From assembly GCA_050011775.1 (NCBI GenBank), contig JBEKIL010000004.1:99825-163824 (forward strand): DNA of 64,000 nucleotides. The letters are read 5' to 3'. Position 1 is the first letter of the stretch. The number at the start of each line of letters is the position of its first letter. Below the pieces are notes generated by a model. It did no database searches, was not told the origin of the DNA, and saw only the letters and a list, made by a program, of their open reading frames with translations. This document shows positions 37,613 to 45,132 of the stretch, in pieces. A program made the translations under genes and the position numbers. This DNA is from Bacteroidota bacterium (lineage in GTDB: Bacteria > Bacteroidota > Ignavibacteria > UBA10030 > CAVZMI01).

Positions 37613-40216
37613 ATGGATAAAAAATTTTTATTCAAACTTTCGAGTACACCAACAACGACTTACTCCGATGCCGAAGTATTATTCCGAGACCTAAAAAACC
37701 GTGATCCGAAAATTCAACATCTTTGGTCCCACCAAGCTGATATTCTGAGGGAATATCATAGGAGCATTGATCAAATTGACATCGCACTCGAATTACCTAC
37801 AGGTGCCGGCAAAACACTAGTCGGCTTGCTTATTGCTGAGTGGCGCAGACTTTCCCTCAATCAACGGGTTGCCTACCTTTGCCCTACTCGCCAGCTTGCA
37901 TACCAAGTTGGCCAAAAAGCTACTGAATATGGAATAAAGGCACATGTCTTGGTCGGATCACAATCTCTATATCCCGCAGGTCAATTTGCAGAATATGCGT
38001 CAGCGAAAGCCATTGCTGTGACTACTTATTCGGGTTTTTTCAACACGAATCCAAGAATCGATCGGCCTGAGACTGTCGTGTTCGATGATGCCCATGCTGG
38101 TGAGAATTATATTGCTAAAATGTGGTCAATGAATATATCTCGTTTTGACAACAAGACTTTATTCGATCAGATCGTGGATCTGTTTTGCTCGGAACTACCC
38201 GATTACTCAATTAGTACTTTAAAAGATGATGATGCTAGACCATATCAGAGACAGTTGGTTGAAATGGTTCCAGTTCCAAGATTCCTTAAAAAATTACAAC
38301 CACTAACAGACCTTCTGGACGCCTCAACAGCAGATACCGAACTCGCTTACCCTTGGAGTTTGATAAGAAATAAGCTGGCAGCTTGTTGTGTTTTTTTCTC
38401 TTGGTCTGATATTCTAGTCCGGCCTTGGATACCTCCAACATTAACTCATCTTCCATTTGCCTCTTCGAAGCAAAGGATCTATATGTCTGCAACTATCGGT
38501 GCAGGCGGCGAGCTTGAGCGTATTATTGGAGTGCCTTCGATTCATAGAATTCCAGTTCCTCAAGGTTGGGATAAACAGAGCACTGGCAGGAGGTTGTTCA
38601 TTTTCCCGGATCATTCCTTCTCCTATACTGAGTACGATGATTGGTTGACGAGGACTTTGGATTCAAAGGAACGATCGCTAGTGCTCACACCGCATGGTTT
38701 ATCCTTGCGATCTTTTTTGGAAACAATGGCACAATTCGGCCTCACTCACCAGATACTTAAAGCACAAGACGTCGAAGAAACATTAGATCCCTTTATAAAT
38801 TCCTCAAACGTTCTTCTTGCTCTGACGAATCGCTATGATGGCATCGATTTGCCTGGTGATAGTTGTAGAATATTGGTTGTCTACGGATTACCCACGGCTG
38901 TGAATCTCCAAGAAAGATTCCTATGGACAAAACTCGGTCTTACCACTGTACTTAAAGATAGAATCAGAACCAGAATCACCCAAGCAGTCGGTCGATGTAC
39001 TCGCAACTCCACAGATTATGCAGTGGTGCTAATGATTGGAGAATCATTATTCGATTTCTGTGTAAAACACGAGAATAGGTCAGAACTTCACCCAGAACTA
39101 CGTGCAGAGATAGACTTTGGAATTGATAATTCTAGCCAATCTAACATAGGCGAATTGACTGCTTTGATTGAATTGTTCTTAAATCGCGACGCGTCTTGGA
39201 ATCAAGCAGAAGCAGACATTAGCAAGAGACGAGATGAGACGCTCCATCCCCCACCCGCCTATGTCGGAGTTCTACGGACAGTAGTCCATTACGAAGTAGA
39301 CTATCAATATGATCTGTGGAAAGAAGATTATTCTCAAGCTTTAGTGAAGGCGACTACTATTATTGACAATCTTTCTGGCGACGAGCTGGCCGGATATAGG
39401 GCTTTATGGAATTATTTTGCAGGATGCGCTTCATATCAACTTGGTCTTGTATCAGGAAAGAATGAAATGATACAAACCGCTGCAGACCGGTTCTTACGTG
39501 CATCACAGGCTGTCCGTACATTATCCTGGTTCGCCCGTTTAGCTCACGAATTCGGTGCAACACCGACCCGGCAATCTCAATCTCAATACCTTACAGTACT
39601 AGCGACTGAATTTATCAATTCCTATTTGATGAATTTGGGGACTGTTGGAAGACGCTTTGATAAAGTATTATCAGAGTTTGAATCTAAAATCCGAGTTACG
39701 GATTCTGATAGTTTTGATCAAGGATTAACCGAACTTGGTAAAATGTTAGGATTCGATGCCGAAAAACCCGAAGGCGTAGGAGTCCCTGATAGCGTTTGGC
39801 GTATTGGTGGAGAGTTCGTGCTTCTATTTGAATCAAAGAGTGATGAAAGCCCAGATGATAAGATATCCATCAGAACCTGTAGACAAGCGCAAGGCCATTT
39901 GAATTGGGAGCGATCCAGACCATTCTTTACCCAAAACGCCAAACTTCATTGTATTGTTGTCACTCCCCGTTCAGTGCTCGATAAGGCCGCTTTGCCACAT
40001 TCCGATAATCTCTATTATCTTTCATCGGACGCCATTAGAAAACTCTTCAGAGAAGCCGATGCTTGTTTACGACTGATTAGGAGTAAATCACCCGACCTGG
40101 AAAGCGAGCAACGGCTTGGGTTAATTCAAGCCGAACTTCTACAGGCACAATTGATACCTGAAGCAATTATTAAGCATTTAACTTCAACTCGGCTTGCTGA
40201 TATAACATGCAAATGA
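37613..40216 (+). CDS. SF2 (DinG/XPD-like) helicase with C-terminal PD-(D/E)xK nuclease, Hna-like candidate anti-phage protein
   Basis: Q motif LWSHQ, LPTGAGKT, YLCPTRQL, VFDDAH, MSAT, DGIDLP, QAVGRCTR; nuclease PD-x13-ESK. Start placed at ATG 37613 after AAGGA. Confidence 0.8.
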   Translation: MDKKFLFKLSSTPTTTYSDAEVLFRDLKNRDPKIQHLWSHQADILREYHRSIDQIDIALELPTGAGKTLVGLLIAEWRRLSLNQRVAYLCPTRQLAYQVGQKATEYGIKAHVLVGSQSLYPAGQFAEYASAKAIAVTTYSGFFNTNPRIDRPETVVFDDAHAGENYIAKMWSMNISRFDNKTLFDQIVDLFCSELPDYSISTLKDDDARPYQRQLVEMVPVPRFLKKLQPLTDLLDASTADTELAYPWSLIRNKLAACCVFFSWSDILVRPWIPPTLTHLPFASSKQRIYMSATIGAGGELERIIGVPSIHRIPVPQGWDKQSTGRRLFIFPDHSFSYTEYDDWLTRTLDSKERSLVLTPHGLSLRSFLETMAQFGLTHQILKAQDVEETLDPFINSSNVLLALTNRYDGIDLPGDSCRILVVYGLPTAVNLQERFLWTKLGLTTVLKDRIRTRITQAVGRCTRNSTDYAVVLMIGESLFDFCVKHENRSELHPELRAEIDFGIDNSSQSNIGELTALIELFLNRDASWNQAEADISKRRDETLHPPPAYVGVLRTVVHYEVDYQYDLWKEDYSQALVKATTIIDNLSGDELAGYRALWNYFAGCASYQLGLVSGKNEMIQTAADRFLRASQAVRTLSWFARLAHEFGATPTRQSQSQYLTVLATEFINSYLMNLGTVGRRFDKVLSEFESKIRVTDSDSFDQGLTELGKMLGFDAEKPEGVGVPDSVWRIGGEFVLLFESKSDESPDDKISIRTCRQAQGHLNWERSRPFFTQNAKLHCIVVTPRSVLDKAALPHSDNLYYLSSDAIRKLFREADACLRLIRSKSPDLESEQRLGLIQAELLQAQLIPEAIIKHLTSTRLADITCK

Positions 40217-40229
40217 GGGGCACAACTTC

Positions 40230-40341
40230 ATATAACAGCGGGCACCACGACACTTCATTCAAGCCCGCCACGGTGCAGTTATTAAATGGGTCGTTCGCCA
40301 TATCCCGTGTCGGGCTTGCGTGGTGCCCGCACACGTTATGC
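40230..40341 (+). other. attC recombination site (112 bp)
   Basis: ATATAAC-A-GCGGGCACCACG ... CAAGCCCG ... CGGGCTTG-CGTGGTGCCCGC-ACAC-GTTATGC: perfect 12-bp and 8-bp arms. Confidence 0.85.
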
Positions 40342-40428
40342 GCCACGCGGCTTGTTGTCTAGTCGACTAAATTCGTCATGCCTAAAAATGGCGGGAATCT
40401 TGCCCCCAGAAATAAAAGGAGGAAAACC

Positions 40429-41376
40429 ATGAAGAGCTACATGAAGCTCGGAATTCTTGCGCTCGCACTTGCGTGCTCAGTGCGAGCTCAATCGGTGCAA
40501 GGATCAGCAGAGGGAAAGCAAGCAGTGGAAGTACTCCCCCGGGCCACAGTCACCGTGCTGGTGGACAACATGGTAGGTCGCGGAGATGTGCTCGGCGAAT
40601 GGGGTGCCGCATTTCTGATCAACACAGACCAGCACCAGATTCTCTTCGATACTGGTGGGGGACAAGTCCTCATCGGAAATTCCCGAGCCCTTGGTGTGGA
40701 TCTCGCCAAAACTGAAGCCATTGTCATCAGCCATGGGCATCCGGATCACACAGGGGGACTCGATGCTGCTTTGAATGTCTGCAAGTCTGTGGATTTATTT
40801 GTTCACCCAGCCGTTTTCGAGACTAGATATTATAAGGGAGATTCAGGCGCGGTGGCTTATAGCTTCGTTTTCACCAGACAACAACTGCTTCAACGAGTTC
40901 GCAATCTGGTTGAGACGAAGGGACCGACTCTCATTTCTGAACGAGTAATGGTCACGGGCCAGGTTCCCCGACTAAACGATTTTGAAGATACCGGTTTGCG
41001 CGGGTACGTTTTCCTTGACAGCAGTTTGACAATAGAAGATCCAATTCCGGATGATCAAGCCGTGTTCTTCCGCGTTCCAGAGGGAGTCGTTATATTGCTC
41101 GGATGCGGCCACGCCGGGCTGGTCAATACAATGGAGTATGTATGCAAGCTAACGGGTGAGCAGCACATCTACGCGGTCATTGGCGGCACTCATTTGCTTA
41201 ATGCTTCTCCCTCGCGTATGCTAAAGACTATCGAAGCGCTGCGGATGTACGACGTACAGAAGATCATGCTGTCGCATTGTACCGGCCTTCGCGCATACGC
41301 ACAGCTGGCAAATGCTTTTCCAGGTCGATGCAGCTGGCCGGCTAGTGGAACCACAATCAAGTTCGGTTCTCAGTAA
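40429..41376 (+). CDS. MBL-fold metallo-hydrolase (COG1237-like) with a signal peptide
   Basis: VLVDN, GEWG, ILFDTG, SHGHPDHTGG, GCGHAG, GGTHL, HCTG. Start placed at ATG 40429 after GGAGG. Confidence 0.85.
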   Translation: MKSYMKLGILALALACSVRAQSVQGSAEGKQAVEVLPRATVTVLVDNMVGRGDVLGEWGAAFLINTDQHQILFDTGGGQVLIGNSRALGVDLAKTEAIVISHGHPDHTGGLDAALNVCKSVDLFVHPAVFETRYYKGDSGAVAYSFVFTRQQLLQRVRNLVETKGPTLISERVMVTGQVPRLNDFEDTGLRGYVFLDSSLTIEDPIPDDQAVFFRVPEGVVILLGCGHAGLVNTMEYVCKLTGEQHIYAVIGGTHLLNASPSRMLKTIEALRMYDVQKIMLSHCTGLRAYAQLANAFPGRCSWPASGTTIKFGSQ

Positions 41377-41479
41377 TCTGTGATGTGAAATGCTGGAAGA
41401 TATGATGCAACAGTGAAGTGGTTCACTACACGGCGGGCAGGCGCTTCCGCCAAAAGATTCCGCCAGACCCTAAAGGGCC

Positions 41480-41759
41480 GTAAATCCCACTGGAAAGTGT
41501 GGGACGAGAAAAACCGGAACACGGAAACGGCGGACGCACATCCCACTGAATAGAGTGGGACGAAAGAGATCGAAACGCGACAGCATGGCGGACCCGCTCC
41601 GCCTCGAGATGCTCGGCAGAGCGAGGCGAGCAGACGCACGCTGGATAGGCGATGTTGAAGCAAAGGTTGGCTAAATATAAAGTGCTCGATTGCTCGCCGC
41701 CACGAAATCGAGTAAGTCGTAGTGGCGGCTCGCAACGGCAGTTTGCCTAAACGTTAAGT
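41480..41759 (+). repeat. REP-rich structured spacer ending in an attC right core
   Basis: Two TCCCACT..GTGGGACG hairpins, REP CCCGCTCCGC..GCAGAGCGAGGCGAG (41593-41630), GCCGCCAC/GTGGCGGC, TAGGC/GCCTA, right core GTTAAGT at 41753. Confidence 0.6.
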
Positions 41760-41803
41760 GCAACGCGTATCCGTATAGAACAATTTCCAAAAAATTAAAA
41801 CTA

Positions 41804-43615
41804 GTGGAGCAATCCTTGAAAAATATCCTCCTCGTCATAAGTTTCTTTTCAATTTTTTCTATACACGTATTGTACGCTGGACGGGAATCGGAGTATAGTG
41901 ATAGGTATCCAAAGTTCACCGAAATTATTAAACACGATTCTAGTCTCTATTTTGCCGGGAGCTGGACAAATCGATACATTGTTGTCGAAAGAGAAAGAAA
42001 TGGAACATGGCATACTTATAGCTGTCAGGGAGATAAATATTATCTTGCGGCAACAAGTATTTTTAGTGTTACGGATGGATTACTTTTCATGTGTGGTAAC
42101 GGAGGCTATAAAAAGTTTCTCTTTCAGACAAAGAAGTGGGAAACAACGACCTACGAAATAATAAGACCTTTCTATAAATCTCAATATTCAAATCAACAAA
42201 ATGAAATAAGAAAAATACAAAGCCCTGATAATCTAGAACAATTTGAATTTCCACTTCCATCATATAATACACTCTGCCGCTGGCGATTTTTCCCAAACTC
42301 CCTCAATCATATAAATGCTTCAATAGGCCCAAATATTACGAGACATAACACGATATGGTTTACAATAAATTTCTATGATGGAGAAGGATCAACGGGGATT
42401 GGCGGACTTGGACTATTTGATCTCGATAAAAGAATATTTGGCGTAATAAGGGATAAATTTCTCGCATCTTGTTCAGGAGGATTACTCACTAACCGCGGAG
42501 ATACTATCATTATTGCCACAAATCAATCATGTGAATATGGTACGTATGGTGATAATGGTTTAGTATTAATCGATATAAAAAAAGGATTGTTGTCAAATAT
42601 TCCCTGTGCACAAAATACACTTAATGGCGATTATTTCTTAGCCATGAAAATTATTGATGATGTCCTCTGGATAACATCCGATAGATCCATCATCTCATGG
42701 TATTTCAATAGCAACTCGTGGAATTCTTACCGCATTGAATCGCTAGTCATAAATAATAATTGTAACGTGTATCGGAAACCGAAAAGATATTCCGATTTTA
42801 GTAACGGCGGACTGCCAAACCATATCGATTATGATAGCAGCATCGCTGTCTCTCGTTACATAAAAGGTGATACCGTTGTATGTGAATGGCCGGGGGATGA
42901 TTATGCAGAAATACAATGCAAAGAAAATATTTACGGGTGGATATCAAAAGATAAATATGCCTCTTTTTCAAAAAGGACAAAAGAAGAACGTGCAATAAGC
43001 TACCCCGACGAAATTCTCTACACCGATAGTACACTTAAGATACCATTCCATTCTTTCCGCTCATCCACAATATCCCTAGAGAGACAGAATGCTGACGCTG
43101 TTATGATAGCTGTAAATACTGGATGGATTCGCATGGATGACGTCGATCCAATCCTCTCAGAATCATCGCGAGGCAGCACTCCTCAATTACGGTGGCATAG
43201 TGTTCTTAATTCTGCAATTGATATAAAGCAAGAGGCGTTCTTGACGTTAGGGACAGAACAACAAGAGATACGATCGAAGATACCTATTCTCGATACCACA
43301 CTTACAATTTGTAACACAATGGATCTGTACAATAATTTCGAAAATATCATTGATGTGCGATGGTTACCATCGGGCAGTTTTGACAAGAATTCATGTCCAA
43401 AAGGGATAAAGTTAAATTACGATACGGAATTCTGGATTCGAAATAATAGAGTAGAATATAATGGCAAGTTAATATCAGTAGGTGATACTATTCATGCTGA
43501 AGCTGGAGATGCAGTCTACACCTATACAATTTTAGGCTATTCCATAAACGATTCAATAGAGAATTGTTTAAAAGAGTTAAAATTAAAATATACCGTTGTT
43601 ATGATACCTAAATGA
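41804..43615 (+). CDS. Hypothetical secreted protein (603 aa)
   Basis: Long AT-rich ORF with an N-terminal signal-like segment; no recognisable catalytic motif. Confidence 0.7.
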   Translation: MEQSLKNILLVISFFSIFSIHVLYAGRESEYSDRYPKFTEIIKHDSSLYFAGSWTNRYIVVERERNGTWHTYSCQGDKYYLAATSIFSVTDGLLFMCGNGGYKKFLFQTKKWETTTYEIIRPFYKSQYSNQQNEIRKIQSPDNLEQFEFPLPSYNTLCRWRFFPNSLNHINASIGPNITRHNTIWFTINFYDGEGSTGIGGLGLFDLDKRIFGVIRDKFLASCSGGLLTNRGDTIIIATNQSCEYGTYGDNGLVLIDIKKGLLSNIPCAQNTLNGDYFLAMKIIDDVLWITSDRSIISWYFNSNSWNSYRIESLVINNNCNVYRKPKRYSDFSNGGLPNHIDYDSSIAVSRYIKGDTVVCEWPGDDYAEIQCKENIYGWISKDKYASFSKRTKEERAISYPDEILYTDSTLKIPFHSFRSSTISLERQNADAVMIAVNTGWIRMDDVDPILSESSRGSTPQLRWHSVLNSAIDIKQEAFLTLGTEQQEIRSKIPILDTTLTICNTMDLYNNFENIIDVRWLPSGSFDKNSCPKGIKLNYDTEFWIRNNRVEYNGKLISVGDTIHAEAGDAVYTYTILGYSINDSIENCLKELKLKYTVVMIPK

Positions 43616-43674
43616 TAGGATGTCTCTTTAAATGTAACTAGTGATCATGGCAATTGTCATTTTAATCGAGCTGC

Positions 43675-43904
43675 GCATAACACGCATGGTTACGATGCCC
43701 GCCTTCGTCACGACCAATTCCGTCGTGACTCCGGCGGGTAAACTGACAGCTGGTTTCGACGGACTCAATACCGATAAAGTGCAGGTATTGAATGAGTCGT
43801 TTGCCGCGGCCTGGCCCGGGGTGAATCGGCAGGCTCATCACAGAATCGGTCGAGGGCGGGTAAGTTACGGGGTCGGGGCAGCATGGGCACGTCAGACATT
43901 ATCT
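43675..43904 (+). other. Degenerate terminal attC-like site
   Basis: Left core GCATAAC. Right end CATGGGCACGTCAGAC-ATTATCT resembles CGTGGGCACGCCAGAC-GTTATGT at 37563. Internal hairpin CCCGCC..GTCACGAC/GTCGTGAC..GGCGGG (43698-43738). Confidence 0.55.
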
Positions 43905-44049
43905 ATAGAAAAGAATGTCAAGAGAAAAAGGATCCCCGGTACGAAAGGGGATGACCAAGTGCGTGTGTAGTTAATAAAGGAAAGCGAAAGAATCATCTAG
44001 TTCGGAGTATATTAAACCTCAGGTATAAATGCCGGAGCTATATTTTTAT

Positions 44050-44742
44050 CTATCCCTTCTCTTTTTTCTTCCCTTCAATGACAATGACAAATTCCCCCTT
44101 GATGTTCCGTGATGAAAAATGTTCGAGGACCGAAGAAACGGAGCCGCGCAGCACTTCCTCGAATTTTTTCGTCAGCTCGCGCGCCACGGCAATCCGGCGA
44201 TCGCCAAAATACTGCTGTATATCTGCAAGCGTGCGGAGTACTTTATGAGGAGATTCGTAGAGAATGACAGTCCGCTCCTCTTTTGCAAGCCGTTTCAGCA
44301 TCGTCTGGCGTCCCTTCTTAGCCGGCAGAAAGCCTTCGAAGACAAATGCATCCGCCGATAAACCGCTGACGACGAGAGCGGCCACAAAGGCGGTGGGGCC
44401 CGGAATGGGAACGACCGGCACATCGGCGTCGATTGCGGCACGCACAATGCTGTAAGCAGGATCCGAAATTCCCGGCGTCCCGGCATCCGACACTAGCGCG
44501 ATCGATTGACCCTGCTCGAGTTTGTCTATAAGATCGGGGACCCGGCGCTGCTCGTTATAACTGTAGAAGCTTATGATCGGTTTTTTAATCTCGAAATGGT
44601 CTAATAGAATCTTCGTCGTTCGTGTGTCTTCTGCGGCTATTAGATCGACAGATTTTAATATCTCCAGCGCCCGTACGGTGATATCGCCGAGATTGCCGAT
44701 AGGAGTCGCGACAATAAATAAGACTCCTCGCGAAGCATTCAT
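44050..44742 (-). CDS. rsmI: 16S rRNA (cytidine1402-2'-O)-methyltransferase
   Basis: LFIVATPIGNLGDIT, IAAEDTR, LVSDAGTPGISDPA, YESPH, RELTKKFEE, KGEFV. Start placed at ATG 44742. Confidence 0.96.
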   Translation of the reverse strand: MNASRGVLFIVATPIGNLGDITVRALEILKSVDLIAAEDTRTTKILLDHFEIKKPIISFYSYNEQRRVPDLIDKLEQGQSIALVSDAGTPGISDPAYSIVRAAIDADVPVVPIPGPTAFVAALVVSGLSADAFVFEGFLPAKKGRQTMLKRLAKEERTVILYESPHKVLRTLADIQQYFGDRRIAVARELTKKFEEVLRGSVSSVLEHFSSRNIKGEFVIVIEGKKKEKG

Positions 44743-45049
44743 TTTATTTGATGAAGAATATTCAATCATAATGTCATAATATAGGAATATGAGATGAAAA
44801 AAAGAAATAAAAATACGATTCAAACTGACAGTGATATAAATTACTACCCTCAACGTCGGTGGCCTTCGTTGAACCCCCTCTTTGTCTCTCTCCGAGTCGT
44901 AGACCCCCTTGATAAAGGGGGAGATACACGTTTTCACTTCCTAACTCTTTCAAAGTTGTTGAGAGAATATAGTCGTAATTATGATTACAAAACTGGCAGA
45001 TCCAACATACATAACCGCTATCATAAGCAGTAGATTTCTGGTTTGCATC

Positions 45050-45086
45050 AAAAAAAAACGGCCAGATGCCCCAAGGCTCCTGGCCG
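45050..45086 (-). terminator. Intrinsic terminator after lat
   Basis: CGGCCAG-N14-CTGGCCG (45059-45086), followed by T9 on the minus strand. Confidence 0.75.
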
Positions 45087-45132
45087 CATTATGGCGTTCT
45101 CCCCGTATTTTACATTCCGAAATCCGGAGATC

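Larger units (their letters stand above)
15647..43904 (+). mobile_element. Integron-like gene cassette array without an integrase in the window (CALIN)
   Basis: All genes are on +, between minus-strand radA and rsmI. GTTRRRY-like cores at 15647, 19349, 20101, 35410, 36840, 37579, 40335 and 41753. Two well-formed attC folds (37420-37585, 40230-40341) and several degenerate ones. Confidence 0.75.

Noticed and set aside
36852-40216. Two-gene defence operon (small ORF plus helicase, Hachiman-like)
   Set aside because: A full attC separates the two genes and each has its own terminal repeats, so they are independent cassettes. The helicase motifs are DinG/XPD-type rather than Ski2-type.
43815-43845. 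c-di-AMP (ydaO) riboswitch fragment GGGGTGAATC
   Set aside because: Only one short motif matches, the other conserved segments are absent, and no gene follows on that strand.
15340-44040. Integron integrase or transposase serving the island
   Set aside because: No ORF with tyrosine-recombinase (R..H-x-x-R..Y), serine-recombinase, DDE or HUH motifs was found in the ORF track.
44743-44937. N-terminal extension of RsmI shown in the ORF track
   Set aside because: It reads through non-coding DNA containing a REP-like CCCCCTT-GAT-AAAGGGGG hairpin. Homology starts at the ATG near 44742.
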